NCBI GenBank assembly: GCA_002189035.1
Contig: NEEC01000002.1
Span: forward strand, 5,084,001-5,148,000
DNA length: 64,000 bases
Source of the DNA: Utricularia gibba
Lineage: Eukaryota > Plantae > Magnoliophyta
Direction: 5' to 3'
Part shown: positions 1 to 13,149 of the stretch, piece by piece
Layout of the letters: the number at the start of each line of letters is the position of its first letter
Position numbering within the stretch: the first letter of the stretch is position 1
The notes under the pieces: generated by a model
Seen by the model: only the letters and a program-made list of their open reading frames with translations
The model's database searches: none
What the model was told of the DNA's origin: nothing
Position numbers and translations under genes: made by a program

Positions 1-912
1 TGGGGAACTAGGCCTCTGCAAAAAAAAAGTTTGATGAATAGCTCTATCTGGAAATTCTTGGCTATTCAACTCTACTTTTTGTAGGTATTAGCTAAATCGC
101 TTAACTTTTAGCATAAATAAAAATAATTAATTATTGCTTACGAAAAATAATAATAGAAAATTAAATATATATTATATATATATTTATTTATTTATTCATT
201 AAATTTTATATAACTAATATATAGCTAAAAATATAATTTTAAAAATATAACATAATTAATTATTTAATAATACATACCTGTAAATATAATTATGTATTAT
301 GTATCATGGTTCATTATTTATAAAATCTTCATTATGTTTATATATTTTATTAAATAATAAATTAATTGCTATTATATTATTTATATATGTTATATATTTC
401 TTTAAATAATATATTAATTACAATTATACTACATTTACAAATATATTCATTACATTGATATATTTATGTAAAAAATTAATCAATTACACCTATATTATTT
501 GTACATATTTATATTTATTTAAATAATAAATTAATTACACATATTAATATCTCCCTAAATAATATATTAATTATACATTTAATTCTCTAAATAATGGAAT
601 AGTAACGTATATAATATTTGTATATATCTTCATTAATTACTATATATTCTAAATAATGTATTTTTATACATATATTTGTTATATTAATATATTTTCCTAA
701 ATGTATTTAAGTAAAAATATTTATATAAATTATTGATTATGTGTTTCTGAAAATTTTCACTAATTAACTAAAAAGTTCATCCATATATGTTTTTGTTTAA
801 TATATACACGAAAAATATCCATAATACATATGTTTTCATAATATTAATAAGTCAAATGCAAATACATCTTAATAATAAATTGAGAAACAAATAATATACT
901 TTAACTTAAATA

Positions 913-3900
913 TTAATGTCTATTTTTGGAAAATATTCCTGAATACACTTCTTTCTCTGGATGTTGATTTACGAGGCTGACCTGAATTCGGTATGCTACG
1001 TATGTCTTGTGATGATGATCCCTCCATAAGTGCTGTATAATGGAATGAATGCCTAGAGTCTGCACCGAATGCATCCATCGTATTCGGCATCGGAGGGGGT
1101 CTTGATGCATATGAGGAATGTCGTGCGTTCTAAGACACTATACTACCTCTCACTTGTTGGCTCGGTGCTGATTGTCTTGACTTATGGGATTGAGCTGATG
1201 TTCTGTGGTGTGATGAACCGACTCCCCAATCCATTTGTCCATGCACTCGAGTTGTTGTATCTCGTCCAGAATGACGATGTTCACCTCGTCTGCTAGGATC
1301 CGGTACCAACAAGAAAGGAGCATCGTCCCAATCAGCTTCATCTCGTATGGGATTAAAGTCATTTGAGTACGTAACAATAAGTGTCTTCACCGAGTACAAC
1401 CTATCAATAACCTTATGTGGAGGTATATTGAAAGAGTGGTATGCCTATATGATAATAAAAATTAGATGTTGAAATATAGATAATATTATAACATGGTACT
1501 TGAAATAGAGATATACCTGTTGTATATGGTTGCATGGAATTCAATAGGTTTGCCAAAAACCACAGCTACATGTTCTATTGGAAATATTGACGATATGAAT
1601 AACCCTGCGTGTAGGGCCAATCTTGGATACAGAGGCTGTCATCGTAGCTCCACTGTAATCTTCAACCCATAGGCCAGAAAGATTATTAGAACCTCTCTGA
1701 AAGAGATCTTCACACTTTTCGACCAACTTAATTCATCGTCAAACCATTCGGTGAGCAGCGGCCACCCTATCTATAAATATTCTTTTGCCTTATTGAGTGT
1801 TGTCTACAATTATCAAAAGAGTAGTTAAAGAAGATGTCTTAAAAGAATTGAGATGTGTGAATGTCATACCTTGGCAATAGATGTAGGTGGTAGGCAACGC
1901 TCTCCTTGAAAATCCCCGTTTATTGCTTCGGCATGGTTTGTAGTTATAATACCAAATCTGAATATCATGAATTAGAAGTCACATATGGAAGTAAAGTTGA
2001 AAATTAATCAACGATATGGTTTACGGATAATAAAAAGATTGTACCTTGCACCTCCATCATGCGATAATGTCCACATTTCCAATGGTATATCCATTAAGTA
2101 CTGATCTCCCGGATGTGTGCGATGTATTGTCTCCATCACACGGTTAAATTCCTCAACACGTGGTGTAGATGCGACTACCTGCACTAAATCATGCAGATTT
2201 TTGCTCCAATTATGTGTAAGACAGTTCGATCACATATGTCGTAAGCAGAAGCAATGAATCCCATTAGGTGGTCAAAATGCAGGAACCGTATTTAAAGAAG
2301 CTAGCAATCTGGCTCCCCGATCACTAATGCATGTTGGATGACGACCGCGGACAACATGCACATCTAGTAGTTTGAGGAACCATATCCATGCAGGTCCCGT
2401 CTCTCCATTGACAATAGCATACGCCACAGGAAAACAGTGACCTCCTGCATCCATGGCTACAGCAACGAGTAACTTGTAGTTATACTTGGCATACAAGTGT
2501 GTCCCATCAACTTGTATCACCGGACGACAATGCTTATAGCCTTCAATACACGGTCCGAAAGCCCAAAAAGCATAATGCAATAAATGTTCGCCTTGTCTTC
2601 CACGAGCATTTTTTAATATAACAATAGTGCCTGGATTTGCCCTCTGCACTTCAAGAAGATATCTAGGCAACTCAGCTGTCGATTGCTCCCATGTACCATA
2701 AACTAGCTCATATGCCCATATCAAAATAGACCATGCTTTCCAGTACGATATCTTGAATTTGAATTGTGTTTCGATGAATCCTTGCACGGTAGATGCCTTA
2801 ATTCGCGACCGATCCCTTATCATTTCAACCAACTATGAGCTAAAAACTCCTTTCTCAAGTTCACGTCTCGTTGCAAGAGTACTAGGTACGTCACAAGTGT
2901 GAGGCTCTATTAGCTTTGTGATCTTCCATATTCCCTTCATGCTACTATATCTGCAATACATCTTCCATGGACAGTGTGACCTACCTTGAGATGATTCACG
3001 ACAAATTAGTTTATACCGAGAGTTGCTACTGTGTTGCATAGCAAACTCTCGCCTCGCAATGAACACCAAGTAATTAGTAACTACAGCAATAACCTCATCT
3101 TTCGTTAGAAATGTGAGTTCAAGACGTAATTCCATAGTACCGGTGTTGTACACCGCAGCAACCTCAGGACAATCTATAGAATCCTGCCACATCGGTGGTT
3201 CTGCTCATTTGGACCATATTCCTCGTGTTGTTTGCCTCTATGATCAACTAAGGGTGTTGTGTCATCGTCACTCCAAAGTGTTTCTGGTATCGGATCACTA
3301 TCCATAGATAGTGAATTATCGTTATCAGATTGTGGTGGAGAAGGTGTTTAGAGACGCTGAGGACTGCTTCCACCGATCATGGAAGTCGGTAGCATTGTAT
3401 CTTGACGATCAATGTCGTCATATGAATGTCCAGGCCAATAAAAAATCCTCGAGTTTTGTGTAATCGATGTAGAAAGTAGATCTACAAAATGAAGTAACCA
3501 CACCTTATTAAAGAGTCAAACATATACAAAGTGTAAGAGTTAATGACATTACCAAGAAAGCCATGTTCTTGAGGGTTCTGAGAGCCGGACAATTGAATGT
3601 TGAAATGCGATCCAACATTATCGTATGTGGATGCTTGAAAATTCTCTATCGGCTCGCATATCAGAAAATTATCAACACCACATCCAGTATTACTCGGATG
3701 GAATAGAAATCGTAATGCTGCTTCATCCGGGAGAGCCATATAATTAGATGTTTGTGTAGGACCTTCGTAGTACTGAGCGAACATGACTACTCGAGAATAT
3801 GTCGGATCCGTGTCGGTTATTGCATGCATGCACCTTGTAAGTGCCACGAAGCTCACGGACCTTTTTAGTTGGAGACACTCTAGCATATCCGATCATACTT

Positions 3901-3978
3901 TACGTGACCATAAGTTGATCGTAGTATGTTGCCACCATAGAATACCCGCACTTCCACAAACGAACTAGAACTTGACAT
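913..3978 (-). pseudogene. mudrA-type transposase, fragmented by stops and frameshifts
   Basis: ATG at 3978 (MSSSSSFVEVRVFYGGN). MuDR domain at 2833-3192 (FLTKDEV...CPWKMYC...HTC). MULE catalytic region at 2272-2832 (CRPVIQVDGTHLYAKY...AVAMDAGGHCFPVAYAIV...ISDRG). SWIM finger at 1541-1726 (RTCSCGFWQTY*IPCNH). C-terminal YSNDFNPIRDEADW at 1130-1399. Confidence 0.9.
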
Positions 3979-4038
3979 TGTAAAAAGAAGGAGAGAAAGT
4001 GAATTGGAGAGTGAGGCATTTGAGTAAGGTGTAAGGGG

Positions 4039-4046
4039 TATTTATA
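4039..4046 (-). promoter_or_regulatory. Putative TATA box of the mudrA gene
   Basis: TATAAATA on the minus strand, about 60 bp upstream of the ATG at 3978 and followed by a CT-rich leader. Confidence 0.55.
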
Positions 4047-4080
4047 GGTGTATTGGAGGGGTTTGATGATATAAAATAAA

Positions 4081-4600
4081 TGTAATGATTATATGTACAA
4101 ATTTAGGTGTAACCAATCAATTATTTAGGAAATATATTATTGTAATGATTATATGTACAAATTTAGGTGTAACCAATTTATTATTTAGGAAAATATATTA
4201 ATGTAATGATTATATATACAAATTTAGGTGTAACCAATCCATTATTTAGGGAAATATATTAATGTAATGATTATATATACAAATTTACGTATAACCAATC
4301 CATTATTTAGAGAAATATATTAATGTAATGATTATATGTACAAATTTAGATGCAACCAATCCATTATTTAGCAAAATCACCTCGCCCTTGACACCAAACC
4401 CATGAACCAGCATCGTGTAGGTCACCACGTCGATCTCCACTTTCCTCTTCTTCATCTGCATAAAGAATTGCCAAGCTATATTAATGTAATGATTATATGT
4501 ACAAATTTAAGTGTAACCAATCCATTATTTAGGAAAATATATTAATGTAATAATTATATGTGTAAATAATATAATTGTAACTAATTCATTATTTAGTAAA
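4081..4600. repeat. Tandem array of a ~61-bp unit in the MULE subterminal/promoter region
   Basis: Unit tgtaatgattatatgtacaaatttaggtgtaaccaatccattatttaggaaaatatattaa. Well-preserved copies start at 4081, 4141, 4202, 4263, 4324 and 4485, then the array decays into the TIR. Confidence 0.95.
4377..4476 (-). pseudogene. Captured 100-bp pentatricopeptide-repeat (PPR) gene fragment, resembling OTP43-type PPR proteins
   Basis: The minus strand translates without stops as AWQFFMQMKKRKVEIDVVTYTMLVHGFGVKGEV, a P-type PPR motif junction (D-V-V-T-Y-T-x-L-V-H-G-F). It is a GC-rich island inside the AT-rich repeat array. The OTP43 resemblance is from recall. Confidence 0.85.
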
Positions 4601-5341
4601 ATGCAAATATTTGTAAATAATGTAATCTATTATTTAGAAAAATATAAATTTATTTAACTCATTCATTTTTTAAGTAAATATACATGAGTAAATATTATAG
4701 ATATAACTTATTTAGAGAAATATATTGATGTAATAATTATATATGTAAATGTAGTTGTAATTAATACATTATTTAAAAAGATATATTAATGTAATGAAAA
4801 TATATGTGTAAATAATATAGGTATCACAAATTCTTATTTAAAAAAAAGATAATGATGCAATAAATATATACATATATATGTTTGTAATTAATTTGTTATT
4901 TAAAAAATATAAATATTTGTAATTAATATATTATTTAAAGAAATATAACACATATGTAAATAATATAAGAGTAGTTAATTTTTTATTTAATAAAATATAT
5001 TAAATAATGAAGATTTTATAAATAATGAATTATGGTACATAATACATAATTATATTTATTGGTATGTATTATTAAATTAATTATGTTATATTTTTAAAAT
5101 TATATAATTAAATATATATATTTTTAGCTATATATTAGTTATATAAAATTTAATAATTAACTAAATAAAGATAAAATGTATATTTGATTTATTATTTTTC
5201 ATAAATAATAATTAATTATTTATATTTATGTTAAAAATTAGGCTATATAGCTAATACCTACATAAAGTAGGGCTAAATAGCTAACGATTTTCAGATAGGG
5301 CCATTCAGTAAACCTCTTTTTTGTAGAGGGCTAGTTCCACA

Positions 5342-6400
5342 ATTAACTCGGATGTAAAATAGATAGAAAAAGCACTGGTGGGTATTGTCAATATTTGGGT
5401 CAAAGTCTGGTTGGATGATCTTCAAAAAAATAGTCTACAATCTTTTTGTTGATGAGTCATAGTAAGCTAATGAAAAGTATTTAAAGAATGATGAGGATAA
5501 TGTGCAATTGAACACATTAGAAACAAAGATTATTCCATTGGGACCAATTACAAGAAGTAAGAGCAAGATGATTGAAACTAATCTCAAAACTTTACTAACA
5601 CTATTGGAATCAACATTGGACTAGAAGTATTTCCATTAAAGGAGTTCAACTATTAGAGTCTATATTTACATTAAAGCCCAAAACATCTCACCATCCTTCA
5701 TGTGTGTTCTTGGACTTGCTAGGCCTTTTCTTTAGTTTGAGCTTTGCAATGTTGTAGCCCAATTCTAAAGTATAAATACTCTAGACATGTACTCTTTGAA
5801 GGATCTTTACTTCATTTTGATGTATGTTGTGAGGATTTTCCTCTTCTTTGAGTGCTTGAACACTCTTGACTTATCAAGCTTCGAGCTTGTGGTGTCCTAG
5901 GATTATCATTTCCATTTCCTTCTCCTTCTGGAGTATGGCTCCTAAATTCCCTTTGTTTCAAAGTCTGGTTGCAAGAGATTCATTTTCTTGAAGGTAGACT
6001 TGGGTGGATTCTTTTATAAGCTTCTAAATCACCTGTTGTTCGTGGGTTGCTAATCTCTTTATATTAGAGGGTCACATCATTTGTCGTCTACCGAATCTGA
6101 ATATGTTGCTCTTGCTCATTGTTGTTCACAAATTCTTTGGATGAGATCCCCAATTATCTGATTATGGTGTGAGCCTAGATGCGATTATCTGATAAAACCC
6201 TGTTTGTCATTCTAGAAGTAAACATATTGAAATTCAGCATCACTTTGTGCATGACCTTGTTGAAAACAAAACCATAATTTTTGAACACATCCCCTCTGAT
6301 CATCAAGTGGCAGATATTTTTACAAAACCTTTGGATCATAAACATTTTGCTTACCTTAGAGATTGTTTAGGCTTAATGCTTTATCCAAAATTGTTTTAAT
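5342..6400 (+). mobile_element. Ty1/Copia RNase H remnant (SIRE/Maximus-like), split by a solo LTR
   Basis: GCKIDRKSTGGYCQYLGQSLVG*SSKK at 5350-5430 continues after 6084 as STESEYVALAHCCSQILWMRSQLSDYG...NPVCHSRSKHIEIQHHFV...HQVADIFTKPL. Confidence 0.85.
5450..6079 (+). mobile_element. Solo LTR, CRM-like Gypsy
   Basis: TGATG...CATCA termini with a perfect 5-bp TSD TTTGT (5445-5449, 6080-6084). Contains the CR-motif-like coding remnant PLGPITRSKSK and a TATAAATA at about 5771. Confidence 0.8.
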
Positions 6401-6895
6401 ATATCACACTTGATCTTAGCTTGAAGGATTGCAGGTTATTGTTGTTGAATGTATAAGATGGCGTAAACTAAGGGGGAGGTCATGCAGGTTTGTTTGTTTT
6501 TTTTTTTTTGATTGATTGTGCCAATCATTATTGAGTTTATAATTTTTGATTGATGGTGCAGTATTTGATAAAAGGGGCGTTCACCTTTTGTTCCTCTGCC
6601 TCCTATTTCATGGGGATCGAGGCACTTAATATGAGACGTGGGAATCACCTTTTGTTCCATCATCAGGGACTGCTGGTCCACTCCTTTACTTTCAGCCTGT
6701 GCAACACACGTAATCATTATTTAATGTCATCAATCACTCCCCCAGGTTGGATGTGAGTTACTTTAGCAAATTATCTTGAGCTCTGCTTTCTACACCAATA
6801 TATGATGCCGTGAGGACCCCAAGGCCTTAGTCATAAGGTCAGTTGTGTTATCTTCAGTCTTGACTTTCATAAGCTCGATTTTTCCTTGTTGTACA

Positions 6896-7452
6896 TAGGG
6901 ATGAAAGTTAAAGCCCAAGCTCATGGGCTGGCCCGGCCCGGCCCTAAAAAACATCGGGCTTGGGCTTAAATATTGATGACCCTAAACCATATCGGGCTTT
7001 TTGGCCCGAAGCCCGAAGCCCTTAGGGTCGATTGGGCTTCGGGCCATAAAGCCCGATGGGCCTAGGGCCAATTTAAAAACATGGTTTTTATGTATAATAA
7101 TTATAATTATATTTAATTTTGAATAATGTAAAATTATTATATATATATTATTTTATTTTTAAGATATATAATATGAATTAATAATTTATATAATGATTTT
7201 AATTTTTTTCTATGAATTATTTAAATAATATTAAAATGTATATTTATATTTAATAATTTTTTAAAATTGAATTTATAATATCATAGGCCCGTGGCTTGGG
7301 TAGGGCCATCCCGGCCCAATGAATAATCGGGCTAGGGCCATATGAATCATATTTTTATCTAATCGGGCTTTAGCCCAGCCCTAGCCCGAAACTTGATGAG
7401 GTCTGCTGAAATAGGGTCGGGCCAGCCCGGCCCGGCCCAACTTTCATCTCTA
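6896..7452. mobile_element. Non-autonomous hAT MITE with Ac/Ds-type TIR
   Basis: Left end TAGGGATGAAAGT and right end ACTTTCATCTCTA (1 mismatch). 8-bp TSD GTTGTACA/GTTGTACC. GGCCC/GGGCC-rich subterminal regions around an AT-rich core. Confidence 0.9.
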
Positions 7453-9165
7453 GTTGTACCACTTCTCTTATCCAATGATAGTGCACCTCCACATGCTTCG
7501 TTCGAGAGTGGATGACAACATTTTTGCTTAGTGCTATAGCACTTTGACTGTCACATAGGACTTGGATTTTCTGCTATTGCATTAGTCCTAATTCTTCAAG
7601 CAACCTTTGCAGCCATATTGCTTCTTTTCCAGCCTCAGTTAACGTCATGTACTTTTCTTCAGTAGAAGACAAAGCGACACATTTCTGAAGTGAGGATAGC
7701 CATGTTATTCTATCCTCTACCAAAATTGAGATCAGTCCAATGGTAGATCTTTGAATATCAACATCCCCAGCCATTTCTAAGTTCACAAAAATGCATAATC
7801 CAAAGGATGAAGCTCTATAGCATAGACTCAGTGCAGCTGTTCCTTTAAGATACCTTAGCAGCCATTTGGCTGCTTCTCAATGTACCTTTCTAGGCTTTGA
7901 TGTGTAGCGAATGATGCAACTAAGAGTGTATGCAATGTTAGGTCTTGTACTCACTATCACATACATCACAGAACCTATCATAGACGTAAAAGGCATTCCT
8001 TCCATTTGTAGAAAGTCTGCTGGCATTTTTGGACATGATGCAGCAGACAGCTTTACTGTAGGGTTCATTGGAGTGGTCACCAGTTTTGCACCATCAAGAC
8101 CAAACTTGCTTACCAGTTGTCCAATATACAGTGCCTAATTGAGAGATAGGGTCCTAGACTTCTTGTCTCTAAATATATCAATACCAAGTATCCTTTTAGC
8201 ATCCCCTAAATCTGTCATCTCGAATTCTCTCCCAAGTTGTTTCTTCAAGGCATTGATCAAAGTGAGGCTCTTACTAGTGAGTAGCATATCATCCACGTAC
8301 AACACTAAGATAATAAAATCCTTCTATGAACTCTTCACATACACACATGGATCAGAATATAATTTGTGAAACCTAGTTTTCAGCATGAAGGTATCAAACC
8401 TGCAGTTCCTCTATCGAGGTGCTTGTTTCATTCCGTAAAGACTTTTCTTGAGTCCGTAGACTTGTTGCTCCTTCCCATGTTCAATAAAACCAGGTATTTG
8501 TTTCATAAAAATTTCTTGTCATAGTTCACCATGAAGAAATGCTGTTTTTACATCCATCTGCTGCAATTCTAATTGCATCTTTGCCATTAACGCAAGAATT
8601 GCCCTGATGCTTGACAACTTTGCAACAGGCGAGAACACTTCCTGATAATCAATACCTGCTTGTTGGTTGAAGCCTTTCACCACAATACGTGCCTTGTATC
8701 TAGTTGAGCCATCAGGATTTCTTGTCAGCTTAAAAATACATTTGTTTTCCAATGCAATTCGGCAGACAGGTAAATGGATCAGCTCATAAGTGTCATTTTT
8801 CCACAAGGATTTCATCTCTTCCTTCATTGCTCCTAACCAAAGCTCTCGATCAACAGAATGCATGACCTCATTAACTAATTCAGGCTCTCCTTCCTATGTA
8901 ACAAGGATGAACTCATCAGGTGTATGACGTGGATTAGGGACTACTCTCCTGCTAGTTCTTCTTAGTGGTGGAATTGTCATAGCTTCAGATGTTGGGTCTT
9001 CAAGTGATATTTTAATTGTCTCCTCCGGCACTGAAACCTGAGTGGTTTCCTCAGGATCCCTTAGGGATTCAATGTTAATCCTTACCTCCTAATCTTTAGT
9101 GCTACTTTGCTGCTGCATTTATTGACCTTCAAGGAACACTGCATCTCATGATCGGATTACTCTGC

Positions 9166-10505
9166 TGATAAACGAAAATTTCCTAATGTCATTACAAAAA
9201 TAGAAATCTCGTTATCAAATAAATTTATAAGCCCTAATTTACACAAAATACAAATTTAGAAAACTTGTATAGTGGATGTCGGGGTCAATCACGAGGAACT
9301 TGTGCTTGCTAAGTGTTTTAGTAAATGCATGATTCGGAATAATAGTAGATCTTAGTCTAAGCTTGGACTAACAGTGGCGAGTAAGTTCAATAAACAGAAT
9401 CAGGTTTCAATGAAAAAAGGTAATAAGTAATGGTTCTAACTCACAATAACACGAAGATGCCTTAAGGATCTACAGGTGGTATTTTTCTAAGGTGCCTAAT
9501 TTAATTTACCAAGTCTACCCAAGTAATTCATCATATTTTCGGCTAAGCTAGTCCCCAATATCATAACCAACATTGCAATTAGGTCTACCCACATGCAAAG
9601 CATATAGAACTAGGTCTATCCAGTTCTACTGGTTCTACCCCAGACTAACACCTACTGCGCCCGTCTTAATTTGTTGGTCTACTTCTAAACCAAGCATCTT
9701 AATTGTGAAACTACATGTTCCCCTCCTTGGGTCTACACATGGATTGATAGAAAAAGAGCTAAGGAACAAACATAAATTTCATTATTAACCCTAAGCACTT
9801 ACCACCATTTCACCTTAAGGCATCCCTAAGGCTCTAGCTACTCATACTTTGAAGGTAAAACATGATAACATTAACATAAAGCAACGAAAATGTCAAGAAC
9901 ATCGTGAAAGAGTTGGTTGTGGAAACTGAAAACATCAACAAATGAAAATAAAGTAATAAGAGTTCCAGTTTTCATCTGCTACTGTTCCCGGACCGGAACA
10001 GTAGCGCTGAACTGGTTTTGATGTTGTTCTTGAGGATGAAGTTCTTCTTCTCCTCTTCTGGTCGGTGTTCTCCATGCTGGGGGAGAAGCCCCCTCCTCAA
10101 GTCTGCCCGTTTGCTACGCGTTCTCCCCTTTTCGAAAAATTCTTCCCCTCCTTTACTCCATTACACTGTCCGTGACACCAGCACTTTTCCTGGCCTAAAC
10201 CTGCAGAATTTGGACAGCCGAACAGTGCATTATGTCTCCTCTTTTAATGCTGCCCATTCTTCCAAATCTCTACATGCACGAAATTCATGTTTCCTCCCTG
10301 ATTTTAGAACTTTGCTGCTAGACTAGAAAAAAAATGTTAATAACATGGAATGGGTCAAATCAAAGGATTTAGCCCATTAACACATAAAATCACATTATGT
10401 ACTAAAATTTGGTAAAAATACTAAAAACTATAAGATAAACACTTAAAACATGATTCAAAAGCATAATTTTCTTATTCTAATAATAGGAAAATTCGTGTGT
10501 TATCA
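9166..10505 (-). mobile_element. Solo LTR, Athila-like family A (same family as the LTRs of 45342-55422)
   Basis: TGATA...TATCA termini with TSD TCTGC/TTTGC. Removing it restores the Copia integrase text FWDPQEGRVIRS. Clear similarity to 45342-46698. Confidence 0.9.
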
Positions 10506-13149
10506 TTTGCCCTCTTGTGGATCCCAGAACCTGTATCCCATTTCAAGTTCCCCATATCTCAAGAAGATGCACAATTTGGAGTGATCACCCAATTTTTTTC
10601 GTTGTTCCCCTAGAACCAAAACCATTGCTTTACATTCAAATACACGTAAATGTGCAAGGCTTACCTTGTGACCAGACCAATGTTCTTCAAGAATACCAAA
10701 CTCCAGAGTTCTCTTGGGGCTTCTATTAGATAAATAGCAGGCTGTTTTAATGGCTTCTCCCAAAATCGACTTGATAAACCAAAGCTCTTCAACATACATC
10801 TAACCTTATCGATCAAAGTTCGATTGAGGCGTTCTGTGATGGGATTATGTTGTGGTGTTCCAGGCTCAGAGCAACCTTTTTGATACCTAGATCCAGACAA
10901 TACTTCTTGAATTCTTAACTGTAGAATTCTCCTTCATTGTCTATCCACAAACACTTTAACTTATCCCATGTTTCCCCTTCTACCATTTGATGGAAGGCCT
11001 TGAAGCAGGCAAACACCTCAGACTTGTGTGCTACTAAATATACCCATGAATTACATGTAGCACTATTCACAAAGGTCAAGTAATGCTTCATACCTCCAGT
11101 CGTAGGAATATTTACAGGGCCACCCACATCCGAAAAAACCACCTCTAGTCTCTTCTTGCTTTTATGTAGTTGTGCTCGAAAGGCCACTCTATGTTGCTTG
11201 GCATAGATGCAGCTTTCGCAGACTGATGATGTCTTGGTTGAAGGTATAACACCACGGCTTGCTAATCGCAGCGTATCACCCTCTAAGAGGTGTCCTAGCC
11301 GTTGGTGCCAAAGATCATGTGTTATCATTTGGTGCTGCTACTATTACCTCATTCCCTTCTACTTTCATATCAGTTTTATACAATCTTCCAGCCATGACTC
11401 CTCTTGCAACCACCATGGAGCCTTTTATTAATATCCAGGTTTGAGCTTCAAAGGTGTGCCTATACCCCTCCATATCCAACTCACTAGTAGATAAGAGGTT
11501 TACTCTGAGAATTGGCACATGACGCACTCCCCTGAACTGCAATTTGGTCCCCATGTTTGTTGTGACCTACAGATCACCAATACTTGCAATCTCAGATTTT
11601 GAGTGATTACCCATCCACATAGTGCTATGACAAGACTAGTAATTGATCATATTCGACTTATGTAGAGATGCATGAAACGAAGCTGTTGAGTCCACAAACC
11701 AAGCACAGTCGACCTTTGTTTCCCCAGCCTCTGCAGTCAAAAGCACTAACAGATCATCATCCATAGCACTCAGATATGCAATTGTGTTAGCTTCTTCAGG
11801 TTCTGAGCTCTTTCACTCCTTTGTGTGCTCATGTTAAGTCTTATAGCCATAACAATCCTTTCGGATATGCCCCTTTTTGCCACAATGAAAACATGTACAT
11901 GAATCATGCTTCTTCTCACCCTTCCCTTGTCTATTTTGAGACCTGTCTAGGTACTTTGATTCATCCCTTCCCTTGTTTCGCACCCTCTCTTCGGACCTGC
12001 CCCATTGTTTGCCCTCACTGTGGCAAGGGTGCCATTCTTCGACTCAGCAGCACAATCAACTCCAGAAGTCCTTCTACGAAGTTCTTCTTGTAATAATGCA
12101 GTAGCCACTGCATCATACCCTAAGCCTCCATTAGCATAATTACTTAGCGTAACAACAAGAGTTTCCCATGAATCAGGTAATGAATCAAGCAATTGTATGT
12201 CTTGGATTTCTTCATCAAAACTCATCTTCACGGCTATCATCTGATCTACGATATCTTTGAATCGGCTTAAGTGCTCCGACATGGATTCACCATCATGGAT
12301 ATTTCAAGCATGACATACCTTTGTAAAGAGTGAGTTTGTTTTGTGCATTATCTGGGCGAAACATTTCTTCCAATGATCTCCAAAGCAATTGGGCATCTTC
12401 AAATTCACTGATTTTGTGAGATAAGCTATTATCAATGCACAAATTCATCATTGCAACCGCATTGAGATACAGTTTTTTCCACGTAGGTTCATCTATTGTA
12501 GGGGGTCTCCCTGTACCACTCACAACAGAGTCTCATAAATCCTTGCACACAAGGATGGACTTGATTTTTAATCACCATAATGAGTAGTTGTTGGTGGTTA
12601 GTTTTGGCATGCCGTGTACCTCCTCCATAACCTCTCTTTGATACCAATTGTTAGCATGAAACTGTCCCTAGAGCGAACAAGTCAGCAAGAGGGCTGACAC
12701 AAAAACTCACGATCAGAAGCCTCCCCTGTGGCTTCCCATGTTTTGTGTATATGTTACAAAATAGACAAACAGAGTTCGACTAGGTAAACCCAATTGAGAA
12801 CCTCCTGGACTTAGGATTTCTCCTAAGCAACAAAAATTCACTATGACACGAGCAATCAAATAAAACAGATCAGCGTTTACAGCACACACGCAAACACTAC
12901 CCAATTTGTAGTCTCAAACACCACTGCCAATTAATTGCTCAATTAGACAGAATTTCTGCACTCCCTTTTCCACACCAGCAGCCCACCTCTACATGTCCCT
13001 TTTTATTTCTTTGCCCCCATTTCATGAGGATCGTGGCACTTAACATGGGACATGGGAATCACCTTTGGTTCTATCATCAGGGGCTGCTGGTCCACTCCTT
13101 CACTTCCAGCCTGTGCAACACATGTGATCATTATTTAATATCAACACTA

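Larger units (their letters stand above)
1..5341 (-). mobile_element. Mutator-like element (MuDR/MULE), autonomous-derived, with ~500-bp AT-rich TIRs
   Basis: Window start tggggaactaggcctctgcaaaaaaaaagtttgatgaatagctctatctg matches the reverse complement of 5281-5341 (...cagatagggccattcagtaaacctcttttttgtagagggctagttccaca). Inverted similarity continues inward for roughly 500 bp. Internal transposase motifs are present. The left flank lies outside the window, so the TSD cannot be tested. Confidence 0.92.
6765..12628 (-). pseudogene. Copia gag-pol polyprotein (gag, CCHC knuckle, protease, integrase, RT, RNase H), disrupted
   Basis: MEEVHGMPKLTTNNYSLW start; LLDSLPDSWETLVVTLSN; CFHCGKKGHIRKDC; WFVDSTASFH; LWHQRLGH; integrase core 10503-11328; RT 8519-8863 (QMDVKTAFLHGEL); RNase H 7574-7786 (ALSSTEEKY). 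Confidence 0.92.
6585..13146 (-). mobile_element. Ty1/Copia LTR retrotransposon (Tnt1-like), degenerate, 3' LTR truncated
   Basis: 5' LTR at 12649-13146 (TG...CA) followed by a PBS tggtatcaaag. PPT cctgggggagtgat at 6733-6746. The 3' LTR remnant at ~6585-6732 has about 15 mismatches in ~130 bp against 13018-13146. Confidence 0.9.

Noticed and set aside
4081-4600. Regular repeats with one unique 100-bp insert, superficially CRISPR-like
   Set aside because: The units are head-to-tail without spacers, there is only one insert, no cas genes are present, and the context is a eukaryotic transposon
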